From the NCBI GenBank assembly GCA_041666305.1, contig JBAYHD010000002.1, positions 64,684 to 128,683 on the forward strand: 64,000 nt of DNA, in the 5' to 3' direction. Of the stretch, positions 53,157 to 62,203 are shown in pieces. The DNA is from Minisyncoccota bacterium. GTDB lineage: Bacteria > Patescibacteriota > Minisyncoccia > Phycocordibacterales > Phycocordibacteraceae. A program made the position numbers and the translations under genes. How positions within the stretch are numbered: the stretch's first letter is position 1; each line of letters opens with the position of its first letter. The notes beneath the pieces were generated by a model. That model was not told the origin of the DNA. It did not search any database and saw only the letters and a program-made list of their open reading frames with translations.

Positions 53157-53702
53157 ATGGCCTTCACTCTCACCAGTCCTGCATTTGAAAACAACGGGAT
53201 GATACCCGCGAAATACACGTGCGACGGCAACCGCGAACTTTCGCCGCCCCTCATCATTTCCGACGTACCCGAGATGGCGAAATCACTCGTGCTCATCATG
53301 GACGATCCAGACATTCCAGAAGTGAAAAAAGAGGAATTCGGAATTTCTGCGTTTGACCATTGGACTCTTTTCAACATTCCTCCGGAAACACGCGAGATAC
53401 CCGAAGGAGGAACGGTGGGAACACCGGGAGCCACCACTGGAGGCGAGTTGCGGTACACGGGTCCCTGTCCACCGCCGAGATTTTCAAGGAGTGCAACGAC
53501 TATGAAAATCCAAGTGGGGTCATGTACTCATGAGCCCCCGCCGGAGCACGAACCAAGCGAACATCGCTATATCTTCAAGCTTTATGCGCTCATTGCTCCG
53601 CTTGAACTTCCGACCGGCGCAAGAAAAGAACAGGTGCTTGACGCACTTGCTCCGCTTTTGCTGGCGGAAACGGAACTCATCGGCCGTTATTCCAGAAAAT
53701 AA
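53157..53702 (+). CDS. PEBP/YbhB-YbcL family protein
   Basis: 'FENNGMIPAKYTCDGNRELSPPL', 'LIMDDPDIP', 'HRYIFKLYAL'. Confidence 0.7.
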   Translation: MAFTLTSPAFENNGMIPAKYTCDGNRELSPPLIISDVPEMAKSLVLIMDDPDIPEVKKEEFGISAFDHWTLFNIPPETREIPEGGTVGTPGATTGGELRYTGPCPPPRFSRSATTMKIQVGSCTHEPPPEHEPSEHRYIFKLYALIAPLELPTGARKEQVLDALAPLLLAETELIGRYSRK

Positions 53703-53705
53703 CGC

Positions 53706-53987
53706 CTACTTATCCATCAATTTTTTAAATCCGAAGAACACGAGAAGCATGCCGGTGAGCAGGACAAGACGATGGACGAAATGAACGACTCCCTCAACGC
53801 CCATGTCTGAGCTTAAGAAATAGAGACCGATCGTCTCAATGAACTGAGACAGTCCAACAATGATTATCCCGTAACCGACCATAGTTAACGCTTCGCCTAT
53901 AACTCCTCCGTATCCGGTCAATTTCAAGAGAACCCAAATTGATAGTATGGCGATCAATACGTCGAACGAAAGAGTTATCATGTCCAT
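53706..53987 (-). CDS. small membrane protein, hypothetical
   Basis: 93-aa ORF with three hydrophobic helices. Confidence 0.35.
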   Translation of the reverse strand: MDMITLSFDVLIAILSIWVLLKLTGYGGVIGEALTMVGYGIIIVGLSQFIETIGLYFLSSDMGVEGVVHFVHRLVLLTGMLLVFFGFKKLMDK

Positions 53988-54035
53988 GCGATTAGTATAT
54001 ATGAGACTCTATGGTCAAAGTAAATCTATCCCCTG

Positions 54036-54413
54036 CTAGTCTTTTGGGTCAATCTTCCTCAGACGCATGCCGAAACGCGTAATGAGCACAAAACCGAGCC
54101 CCCACGCAATGGGAAGCCAATACGGCACGCCAAAAAGTGATGCCTCCGCCCATACTTGCTGATATCCAACGACGCGAAGTCCTATCTCTATAAAACTTCC
54201 GACGAGTATGCCTATGATAAAAAGGTACCTTTCGTTCTTATGGTCCTTCATGAGAAAGATAAGGAAACTGACCACAACGATGAACGCTGTGAGCGCAAGT
54301 TCGCTGAACCTGCCTGACGATTGCGAGACCAGAAATATGAACGACGCGATGATTGGTATGCCGAATTCCGCTGGTACATCTGACTTCATGTGTTTCAGTA
54401 TATACTCCGGCAT
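54036..54413 (-). CDS. membrane protein, hypothetical
   Basis: 125-aa ORF with four hydrophobic helices. Confidence 0.4.
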   Translation of the reverse strand: MPEYILKHMKSDVPAEFGIPIIASFIFLVSQSSGRFSELALTAFIVVVSFLIFLMKDHKNERYLFIIGILVGSFIEIGLRVVGYQQVWAEASLFGVPYWLPIAWGLGFVLITRFGMRLRKIDPKD

Positions 54414-54484
54414 CGCAAAATGCGATTGACGTATCCGAGCTTTTATGATTATATTTGTTCGTCCTAACCTGAAAGGAGAACGTA

Positions 54485-54691
54485 ATGGTCACAGCGTGGA
54501 CACCGCGACAAAAGCACCTTATGAGCCTTGTGGATGCCTACAACCGCACGCTACCGGTAGGCTACATACCGCCTCTGATAGCTAAAGCGAATGGCACACT
54601 CCACATCGTTGCCGAACAGATCGATGTTCCTCTCGAGGAGCTCGACTCGTTCCTCACGATGGTGAACGCCGAACTTCCGCCGGTCGACTGA
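54485..54691 (+). CDS. hypothetical small protein
   Basis: 68-aa ORF followed by a terminator. Confidence 0.3.
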   Translation: MVTAWTPRQKHLMSLVDAYNRTLPVGYIPPLIAKANGTLHIVAEQIDVPLEELDSFLTMVNAELPPVD

Positions 54692-54726
54692 TGTAGGAGC
54701 CGAAAAACGATGCGGACCGCAACTAA

Positions 54727-54768
54727 CGAACCGCCCGATGACATTACTCGGGCGGTCTTTTTTACTTG
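54727..54768 (+). terminator. rho-independent terminator
   Basis: accgcccg-(loop)-cgggcggt followed by CTTTTTTAC. Confidence 0.65.
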
Positions 54769-54866
54769 TGAAAGCACATAAAACTCTAAATTGACTTCCT
54801 TTTTCTAGGAGGGTAGCGTTGCCCTAGGACAGCGATTGGCCCTTTGCCATCGCTGAATTTCGGTCT

Positions 54867-55103
54867 TTGCAGGAGCTTGCTATGAAATATTGGTCCGTTG
54901 ATACGTGGGTCATGATCATTACCATCGCTTTCTTTGGTAAAGGATTGGGAGTCTCTTCTATATTCGTTCTCTTCTCCATCCTCGGTGGTATCGTCTTCTT
55001 CGGACCGCTGGGGTTCGTGCTCGGCCCGCTGGTTCTCTCCGTATTCCTCTCGGTTGTTCGCGTATACGGCGGCGTTGAGCGGGAAAGAGCTAGCTCGTCA
55101 TAA
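54867..55103 (+). pseudogene. possible C-terminal remnant of an AI-2E/PerM-family permease
   Basis: 78-aa ORF 'GGIVFFGPLGFVLGPLVLSV' resembles the last TM segments of AI-2E transporters; no upstream remainder. Confidence 0.25.
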
Positions 55104-55114
55104 GTACCGGAATA

Positions 55115-55384
55115 TTGATTTCCTCAGCGATTTGTGGTATTGTTGCCCCAATGAAGAAATACAGCGAGGAACTGCTCATAAGCGAGATGAGGATATCTCT
55201 TGCCGAATTTCTTACGTCCTATAACAAAAACTTACCGACGGGATTCCCGAAGGCTACAACCGTTCTGCTCAAAAAATTCAAAGAGACGCATCCTCTTTTT
55301 TTCAAGCACGGCGATCTGTGGTCGCTCGACGAACATCGAAAAAAGATCATCGATTGGCTCCCTCCGCGCGATCAGGCGTCCTAA
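55115..55384 (+). CDS. hypothetical protein
   Basis: 89-aa ORF, no motifs. Confidence 0.3.
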   Translation: MISSAICGIVAPMKKYSEELLISEMRISLAEFLTSYNKNLPTGFPKATTVLLKKFKETHPLFFKHGDLWSLDEHRKKIIDWLPPRDQAS

Positions 55385-55450
55385 TTGCTTTTTTTATAAT
55401 ATGTGGTAGTCTACTTCTACCAACATAGTGCTTGGAGAAAGGAGGTGGCC

Positions 55451-55615
55451 ATGAAGCAGTATTGCGAATGCAAAAACAGGGTCCTGTATCCTCGCAACAA
55501 GAAAGGAAAGAAAAAATGGGTTGCTCCTTCAAAAAACGACCACGAACTTTGTACGCGTTGTAGTACGCCGTACGTCCCTACCCGCCCGCATTGGCGGCGA
55601 AAGACTGTCCCGTGA
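55451..55615 (+). CDS. small zinc-ribbon protein
   Basis: 'CECKNR...CTRC' paired Cys motifs; hairpin + T-run after the stop. Confidence 0.35.
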   Translation: MKQYCECKNRVLYPRNKKGKKKWVAPSKNDHELCTRCSTPYVPTRPHWRRKTVP

Positions 55616-55666
55616 GCCCGCTCGATATGAGCGGGCTCTATTCTTTATGCACGTGTCGCTATCTCA

Positions 55667-55701
55667 ATTGACACGCGACATTGTGTGCGATATGGTCTCG
55701 A
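55667..55701 (+). promoter_or_regulatory. sigma70-like promoter (TTGACA-17-TATGGT) upstream of the L,D-transpeptidase gene
   Basis: exact -35 hexamer, 17-bp spacer, -10-like hexamer. Confidence 0.4.
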
Positions 55702-55750
55702 ACGGACCAATTCGAGCGATTTGCTCATTGGCACACAAAGGAGGAACGCC

Positions 55751-56188
55751 ATGCATATGCAACCCGGAAGATGGTTGTACGGGCTTATCGCGAGTGTACT
55801 CTGCAGTATCGCACCGACGGCTACGGCACAAATCGTCGTCGCACGAGTCAGTATCACCGACCAAGAAATGATGGTGTATGTGGACAACGCACTTGAGCAC
55901 GTGTGGAAAGTGTCAACCGCGCGGCGCGGTTACAAAACACCACCCGGCTCGTACACGCCTTACTGGTTGAGCAAAAACCACCGCTCACGGAAATATGACA
56001 ACGCGCCGATGCCCTATGCCGTTTTCTTCCATGGCGGCTATGCCGTCCACGGAACGACGGAGATAAAAAGGCTCGGCCAGCGCGCTTCACACGGATGCGT
56101 TCGCCTCATGACCGAAAACGCCCGAACGTTGTACACGCTCGTTCAGCAATACGGCAAACAGAATGTGGCTATTGTCATTCTGCCGTGA
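55751..56188 (+). CDS. L,D-transpeptidase (YkuD domain), secreted
   Basis: signal peptide; catalytic 'HGTTEIKRLGQRASHGCVRL'. Confidence 0.75.
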   Translation: MHMQPGRWLYGLIASVLCSIAPTATAQIVVARVSITDQEMMVYVDNALEHVWKVSTARRGYKTPPGSYTPYWLSKNHRSRKYDNAPMPYAVFFHGGYAVHGTTEIKRLGQRASHGCVRLMTENARTLYTLVQQYGKQNVAIVILP

Positions 56189-56302
56189 AGGAGTCCTTTT
56201 TGGGAATGCTCTGTAATTCGTTTTGCAGGGCATTTTTCTTTCTCTGCAAGGGTTGTTCACTACTATCCGGTTTCAGGCCTTGGCTGGTGCTACCATACGG
56301 TC

Positions 56303-57121
56303 ATGGCAAATACGTTTGACCGATTTTTGAACGCGTACTCGCTCCTTATCATTAACCTCCTCATCATCGTGCTTGCGCTGACCGTGGGCGGCGGGCTCTA
56401 TTTCTTCGAGACCGGCCTCATACATCTCATCGCGCTCATTTTCATCGCGCTTGCGGTGCTGCGCATCATCTATCATCACTACACGTACGACCCGATATTG
56501 GAGAAATTCGTGCACGCGAGCTTATTCGCCCTCATCGTTTTCGCGGGTTCACACATCATCGAATACATCAGCATGATGTTCCTCAATCGATATCAAGACG
56601 CCGTCTTCGCGAATGTCGGAAATTTCTATCTCATCGGCACGTTCTCCATCATCATTGGTGCTACCTATTTCTCCGGCATAAATCATCGGACCTATGCTTC
56701 TTTTCTGAGGATGCTGTCGTACGCATTCATAGCCGGGTTCTTCCTTTTCTCCGTCTTTTTATTCGCTAATGACCGAGCGATCGGTCTCGAGGTGGAGGAT
56801 CCGGCTCCGTTCCTTTATGCTCTTATGCTCGTCATTGCAGGCGTGCTCGCGGTCATAGAAATAGTAAAAATTCGCCGTCTCACCCCAATCATGCACGGTT
56901 TTACGACCTACCTGCTCGGCGGTCTGGTATTGCTACTTATCGCTATTCTTCCAAATATTTTCTACGACTTTTTGGCGATCGCCGGCGTGCCAAGTTATAT
57001 GTCCATATATTCGAGCCATTTCTTGTTCTATGCGGCATTGAGTTTGTTCTTCCTCGCATTCAAGAAATTGTCATACATGGGCGGCGTATATGAGGACTTG
57101 AAAGCGGTCGACGTGCACTAA
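56303..57121 (+). CDS. polytopic membrane protein, hypothetical
   Basis: 272 aa, ~8 hydrophobic helices. Confidence 0.5.
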   Translation: MANTFDRFLNAYSLLIINLLIIVLALTVGGGLYFFETGLIHLIALIFIALAVLRIIYHHYTYDPILEKFVHASLFALIVFAGSHIIEYISMMFLNRYQDAVFANVGNFYLIGTFSIIIGATYFSGINHRTYASFLRMLSYAFIAGFFLFSVFLFANDRAIGLEVEDPAPFLYALMLVIAGVLAVIEIVKIRRLTPIMHGFTTYLLGGLVLLLIAILPNIFYDFLAIAGVPSYMSIYSSHFLFYAALSLFFLAFKKLSYMGGVYEDLKAVDVH

Positions 57122-57122
57122 C

Positions 57123-57581
57123 ATGGAACAACCTCCTTCAACTGAAACCGCGAGCAAGAAACGACCGTGGTGGCAGTGGGCCATCATATACCTCATCCCT
57201 GCCCTGCTCGTATACGGACTGGTGCAGTACGGCATGCAGTCAAACAAAGACGGCTCGTCGTTGCCCGTACTCACTCTTCCTTCAAAGGGGCAAGTGGTCA
57301 CGTTCACCGATTCCGGGTTTTCTCCGGGCGTACTCGACATTACGAAGGGAACGGTCGTTGAATTCAAAAATGCCTCGTCAAAGAGTATGCGAGTCGCATC
57401 CAATCCTCATCCCATACACGACGAATATCCCGCGCGCGGCGGATGCATCTCGAGCACATTCGATTCTTGTACCAACATTCCGCCGGGCGGAACATGGCTA
57501 TTCCAGTTCGATTTCACCGGCACCTGGGGATACCACGATCACCTGAATTCCACCGACATGGGTACCATCGTCGTTCAATAG
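57123..57581 (+). CDS. membrane-anchored cupredoxin-like protein (tentative)
   Basis: N-terminal TM; 'NPHPIHDEY', 'GGC', 'YHDHLNSTDMGTIVV' resemble His/Cys/His/Met type-1 copper ligands and the terminal cupredoxin strand. Confidence 0.4.
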   Translation: MEQPPSTETASKKRPWWQWAIIYLIPALLVYGLVQYGMQSNKDGSSLPVLTLPSKGQVVTFTDSGFSPGVLDITKGTVVEFKNASSKSMRVASNPHPIHDEYPARGGCISSTFDSCTNIPPGGTWLFQFDFTGTWGYHDHLNSTDMGTIVVQ

Positions 57582-57593
57582 ACTCTTTGTATG

Positions 57594-57627
57594 AAAAAAC
57601 AGCCCCCACGGGCTGTTTTTTCATTTC
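57594..57627. terminator. bidirectional rho-independent terminator
   Basis: aaaaaacagccc-ccac-gggctgttttttc. Confidence 0.75.
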
Positions 57628-57646
57628 TCTCACTTACGAGTAGCGA

Positions 57647-57973
57647 CTATTTTTTCGTCGTCGTTGCTCCCGGAGCTGCGGTGTAGGCCCAGTTGCTCAT
57701 CATGCCCGGTCCGCTAACGTAATAGGTTTGTGCCCTATTGCCGGCGTATCCGCTCATCATGCCGTATCCATAACCGCCGCCGTAATACGCATTGCGGATA
57801 GCGCTTTTCAACTCTCCGAACTGGACGCCACACCAGAAAATGAAAAGTGCGACCGCTATCTTGATGATGATGTGCATCCAGTGATGCTGTGCGCACATCC
57901 CTCCTCCCATCCAACCTTTCTCACACATCGAACATCCTCCCTTCATGTCTTTATCCATACATTTTTTGTTCAT
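57647..57973 (-). CDS. small Cys/His/Met-rich membrane protein with Gly/Tyr/Met-rich tail
   Basis: 'CMDKDMKGGCSMCEKGWMGGGMCAQHHWMH' then a TM helix then 'GGGYGYGMMSGYAGN'. Confidence 0.45.
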   Translation of the reverse strand: MNKKCMDKDMKGGCSMCEKGWMGGGMCAQHHWMHIIIKIAVALFIFWCGVQFGELKSAIRNAYYGGGYGYGMMSGYAGNRAQTYYVSGPGMMSNWAYTAAPGATTTKK

Positions 57974-58065
57974 TACATTTTATGTTTTCAGTATACTCTA
58001 TCCCACATGCATAAGAAAAACCCCGGTCAGTTGAGACCGGGGCTGTCACACGTAATCCGTGTCAA

Positions 58066-59787
58066 TTACTTGGCGGATTGGGTCCGCTTCCGTAAGTTGA
58101 ACGCCGGGGAGACGTGGAACAAGAACGAGAGGGGGCGCAAAGCTTCATCGAAGGCATATCGCAGTACGTCTTCGTTTTCGGCCGGCATCGCTTTGAGCGT
58201 GAGCACATACACCGCAACCGTCTCCTGCAATTGCATGACCTTGCGGTCCGACACATCGCAGGCGACCCAGATGGGATGATTGACGTTGAAGTGCAAGATA
58301 CCCTGACGGGCATCGAGTTCCCAAAGCCTATCGGAGCCATCCATCGCAATGTACGAGAACTGCAGCCCGACGCTGTCGTTCTTCACCAGCATCCGCTGCT
58401 TGCCGCGAGGGCCGGCAACGGTATACGGGTGGTGATTGGGTTTATCCTCGCGCGGCTTTTTGTGCTCGCCAGAACTCCCACCGCCTCCTTCTTCTCCCTT
58501 CGGGGTAAACCCTTCATGGGTGGAGATAGAGGATTCGGTCTGTTGACCGGTCACACTGCCCCTTACAGGCTTCGTGTGACCGATACCCACCGTGCCGAGT
58601 TTGAAGTCCTGCAGCACCAAACGGATGTCGTTGAAAGCCGGGTCGCGCAGCATCGCTTCGATCTCTCGTAGCGACTGTGTGCCGAGCTCCTGATACCGCT
58701 GGTCGCGCCGGGCCTCTTTCACGTCCTTAAGGTGATCGGCTCCGTGTTTATGGAACCATGCCTCAAGTGCGGTACAGAAGCCGACGAATGCATCGTCCTT
58801 CTCGAACGTTTTACGCGTCGAATGGAGCTTCACCTTCTCGCCGACGATCTCGCCTTCGAACATGCCGGAGCGTAATGCAGCCGACACTTCGTCCGAGAGC
58901 AAGCTGTCAGCCGAGCGAGCGAATAGTCCAAAACTGAAGCGGTAGTCGTTATCGAGCTCGCCGACGATGACCTTGCCGTTCTGGCCTTTAGTCGTCTTCG
59001 GTGCAAGATACATGCGGAAGACGACATTGCCGGCATCGCGGTCGGTAATGACCGTTTCGCCGAGCGAACGCCCGGTGAAGAGCTTCGCACGAATACCGTC
59101 GCGTTCTTCGAGTGTGCCGTCCTCATTGGTGAACCTGATGCTGAGGACAGTCTTGTTGCGGCGCATGGCTGCGCCGAAACGCTCGAGAATAGCATCCACA
59201 AGCGCGTCGATCGACGTGACTCTCGAGATGATCCTGTCGCTCGAATAGCGGACAATATTCACCTCAGTGCGCCATGCGATGCTCGTCATTCCCCGCTTCA
59301 CGTTCAACCCTTTGCGGGAAAACACGAGGTCTGGCCGAGGCCGCCGCGGAACGAAGACGCTCTGTTGCTGCCTCCGGATATCCTCGGTGACAAAAGTCCA
59401 TTCCATGTACCCATCCTCGATGCCACGCGCACAAGAGATGAAAGTGGAGGAATGGCATTTGTCGAGCGGAGAGATGAGTCCGATGCCGAAGCGACCGAGC
59501 TTGTTCAGCTCCTTCTGCGACAGGCAGACCTGTTGCAGCGCTTCTTCGAATTTCTCACGGCTCACGCCGTCGCCGTCATCGCGGATAGCGATGTGGCGGG
59601 TCTTGCGGTTAAGCACGACCGAGATGTTCTTTGCGTTCGCGTCGATCGCGTTCTGGACCTGTTCCAGGATGACGTCGAGTACGGTCGGATAATCCGATGC
59701 AACTCGACAGAATGCTTCTCCCATGTGGAACCCGAGAAGCGAATGCGTGCTCTTCGGCGGTCTTGCGTTGAGTATTGCGTTCATCAC
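58066..59787 (-). CDS. GHKL (Bergerat-fold, HATPase_c_3-like) ATPase with ~420-aa uncharacterised C-terminal region
   Basis: N box 'EQVQNAIDA', G1 'IRDDGDGVS', G2 'GRFGIGL'; not MutL, GyrB, Hsp90 or a histidine kinase (no H-box, no dimerisation domain). Confidence 0.7.
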   Translation of the reverse strand: MMNAILNARPPKSTHSLLGFHMGEAFCRVASDYPTVLDVILEQVQNAIDANAKNISVVLNRKTRHIAIRDDGDGVSREKFEEALQQVCLSQKELNKLGRFGIGLISPLDKCHSSTFISCARGIEDGYMEWTFVTEDIRRQQQSVFVPRRPRPDLVFSRKGLNVKRGMTSIAWRTEVNIVRYSSDRIISRVTSIDALVDAILERFGAAMRRNKTVLSIRFTNEDGTLEERDGIRAKLFTGRSLGETVITDRDAGNVVFRMYLAPKTTKGQNGKVIVGELDNDYRFSFGLFARSADSLLSDEVSAALRSGMFEGEIVGEKVKLHSTRKTFEKDDAFVGFCTALEAWFHKHGADHLKDVKEARRDQRYQELGTQSLREIEAMLRDPAFNDIRLVLQDFKLGTVGIGHTKPVRGSVTGQQTESSISTHEGFTPKGEEGGGGSSGEHKKPREDKPNHHPYTVAGPRGKQRMLVKNDSVGLQFSYIAMDGSDRLWELDARQGILHFNVNHPIWVACDVSDRKVMQLQETVAVYVLTLKAMPAENEDVLRYAFDEALRPLSFLFHVSPAFNLRKRTQSAK

Positions 59788-60590
59788 TATCTCCCTTTCT
59801 GGTTGCTGGTTGCTGCTGGATTTGAGTGCATCTCGCGCGCCCGCTCACCGCATAAACGGTAGAGCAGGTTCGCCAGGGTGAACACGCTATTGTTGCCCGC
59901 CAATTCGCGAACCTGCGTTCGCTCTTCGGCAGTGAACCCGTCGGAGCTGACCATCTGCGCGAGCGGTATCAGCGCCTTCACCGACCCCGCGAGGGATGCG
60001 ATGATCGCTTCATGCTCGCTTTGCGAAGACTTCTTCTGCAAAGGAGCCGCCGCACGCACGGGAACGTTCGCTTCTACGCGCGCCGGAGGCGCTTGCAGTT
60101 TGTGGTCGCTCGTACTTCCGGTGATGTTGACCCGAACCGTACCCCGTTGTTTCTCGGGAATCTGATCTTTGTAGAGCTCAGCGAGTGTCGCAAACTTCTG
60201 CATTCTTTTATTCGGGACACTCTGCTTGCCGTGGAATACACGGTACAGTGAGTCGGTACCGACCCTTCCTTCTTTCGGATAGCCAACGAGGTCGACTATC
60301 TCGGTAAGAGAAAGGATGCGGAATGCATATATTTGCGCGACGTCACGTATCGGCGGCGATAACACCTCAAGCTCCGTGATCTCATAACCATGGAGTTCGA
60401 GATAGAACATCAGCCGCGTGAGCGATTCTCCCATGGGCTTCACTCTCCCGTTAAACCAGCGACGCACCGTTTGTTCCCCGACGCCGGTAAATGCGGCAAC
60501 TTTCTTGTGCTTGTCGGTTGGGGCTTCCCCGGGCACTTGTGCGAAATGCGTGAGGCATTTCGCAAAGCTTCCTTCGAAGATTGTTGTCAT
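59787..60590 (-). CDS. XRE-like helix-turn-helix protein, partner of the GHKL ATPase
   Basis: 'VAAFTGVGEQTVRRWFNGRVKPMGESLTRLMFYL' HTH; 1-nt overlap with the downstream gene. Confidence 0.6.
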   Translation of the reverse strand: MTTIFEGSFAKCLTHFAQVPGEAPTDKHKKVAAFTGVGEQTVRRWFNGRVKPMGESLTRLMFYLELHGYEITELEVLSPPIRDVAQIYAFRILSLTEIVDLVGYPKEGRVGTDSLYRVFHGKQSVPNKRMQKFATLAELYKDQIPEKQRGTVRVNITGSTSDHKLQAPPARVEANVPVRAAAPLQKKSSQSEHEAIIASLAGSVKALIPLAQMVSSDGFTAEERTQVRELAGNNSVFTLANLLYRLCGERAREMHSNPAATSNQKGR

Positions 60591-60886
60591 GGCGTGTTCC
60601 TTTCTATGTGCTGTTTGCTCGTGGGTATGACCGGAAAAGCCAAAGTGGCCCGCCAGCCATGTCGGAAAAGTGCAACATTGCGAAGCTCAACAACTTGACC
60701 GTGATTCAATCTCTGACCTTTGCCATGCCAGTTAGACAAGGAAAAGGTGATGCTGTCGCTTTTTTTGAGCTCGCCGTAATCTTCTGTCGAATAGGCAACG
60801 GCGTAGCTCCCCTCCGCTGATTGGCGATTGACGATGTTTTTGACCGTCGCACGCACAGGCGGATTTGAACCTTGCTTTTTACTCAT
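60587..60886 (-). CDS. small protein, first gene of the three-gene operon
   Basis: 99-aa ORF with 4-nt (ATGA-type) overlap with the HTH gene. Confidence 0.4.
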   Translation of the reverse strand: MSKKQGSNPPVRATVKNIVNRQSAEGSYAVAYSTEDYGELKKSDSITFSLSNWHGKGQRLNHGQVVELRNVALFRHGWRATLAFPVIPTSKQHIERNTP

Positions 60887-60951
60887 TGCTATTTCCCTCT
60901 CGTTATCAAGGAACGGGCTGTTCCGCGGGATAGAATAGCACGATAAGATGA

Positions 60952-61626
60952 TTATGTCAATCGGTGTTCGGCCTGTTGGATAAGAGCGTAATCACGCGGG
61001 AATAGGCGCTTACTGATACCGAAAATGCCGTATGCCATGAACGGCGCGGCAAGCACATCAATGGAGTAATGGATGTGGGCGAGGAGCACGGCAACACCGA
61101 ACACGACAGACAAAGAAAGAAACACCATCCGCGCGGTACGGTGGTCCCAGAAAACGAGCGCCATCAAGAATGGCAAGCCGGTATGCCCGGAAAAGAAGAA
61201 CCCGAGCTGGAAATTAAGATAGGAATAGATGTCAGCAAAGAATCCGGAACCCGGGTCGATATGGGTGGGATAGACGCCCACGTGCGTGAGAGAGATGAAT
61301 AGCGCCCGGATTATGATAAAAAGGGCCAGTGCCTTGAGCGCAAAGAGAATGTGTCGCGGTTTGGAGAGCACATAGAGCGTGCCGAGGACAATGGAGAGGA
61401 ACGCTCCCTCAATGATAATGAGATTCAGGTCGACTGCCGGGAGATTGTCGAGAAAAAGATCGCCGACATATGACGAGGTGGGGCGCTCCGAATATGCGAA
61501 CGCGTATATATTGGCGTAGTGCTCGAATACATATGCAGAACCGAGCATGAAGAACGCGGTCAGGAGCGAATACAATTCGCCGTCGCAAAATATGTCCTTG
61601 TAGCTGAACGAGTCTCGTTGAGGCAT
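60952..61626 (-). CDS. PAP2-family membrane phosphatase
   Basis: 'SGHTG' and 'HYSIDVLAA' PAP2 motifs 2 and 3, six TM helices. Confidence 0.7.
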   Translation of the reverse strand: MPQRDSFSYKDIFCDGELYSLLTAFFMLGSAYVFEHYANIYAFAYSERPTSSYVGDLFLDNLPAVDLNLIIIEGAFLSIVLGTLYVLSKPRHILFALKALALFIIIRALFISLTHVGVYPTHIDPGSGFFADIYSYLNFQLGFFFSGHTGLPFLMALVFWDHRTARMVFLSLSVVFGVAVLLAHIHYSIDVLAAPFMAYGIFGISKRLFPRDYALIQQAEHRLT

Positions 61627-61937
61627 GTTGCTGTCATGTATACTAGCAGAAGTGGGAACCTGAGTATCCCCATTGGCTTTTACCGGCCTGTGCGCTTCGT
61701 AAGAAATGCATAACTCCTTCTGCCTTCGGCGCTCGTCAGAGAAGTGAATACACGATGATCGCCCACGGACCGCTGGCTCACGCTGGCGGTTTCGCGTTTG
61801 AGATGCGCTTGACAACAAACAGCGGACCTGCTATTCTGTGCCTATCAACCAGCGGCTTAATCCAGAGAAGTGGGATCGAGCTTCTATCTTTTGCTTCTGA
61901 TTTGATACCAATTAGTCACACAATATCTATCTGCAGT

Positions 61938-62147
61938 ATGCAAAATGGTACCGTAATCAAAAAGAACGAGAAGGGCTTCGGCTTCATCAAAGTCGACGGA
62001 GCACCAGAAGGTTCTAAGGACCTTTTCTTCCATTCCAACGAGCTCAAGAACATTTCGTTCGACGAGCTCCAGGAGGGAGCAAAGGTTACGTTTGAGATCG
62101 GCGACAGCCCGAAAGGCCCGAACGCTCTCAACGTCAGCACTATCTAA
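61938..62147 (+). CDS. cspA: cold-shock protein
   Basis: '[28 protein letters not shown]' RNP1/RNP2 cold-shock domain; long 5' leader. Confidence 0.85.
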   Translation: MQNGTVIKKNEKGFGFIKVDGAPEGSKDLFFHSNELKNISFDELQEGAKVTFEIGDSPKGPNALNVSTI

Positions 62148-62163
62148 GCAATTAGATAAGGCA

Positions 62164-62203
62164 AAGAAATCGCCCCGCTAAAAGCGGGGCGATTTCTTTT
62201 GCT
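62164..62203. terminator. bidirectional rho-independent terminator
   Basis: gaaatcgccccgc-taaaa-gcggggcgatttc then TTTTG. Confidence 0.75.

Noticed and set aside
54790-54860. Partial palindrome ctaggagggtagcgttgccctagga upstream of the AI-2E fragment
   Set aside because: Imperfect, short, and adjacent to a likely pseudogene remnant; insufficient to call a regulatory site.
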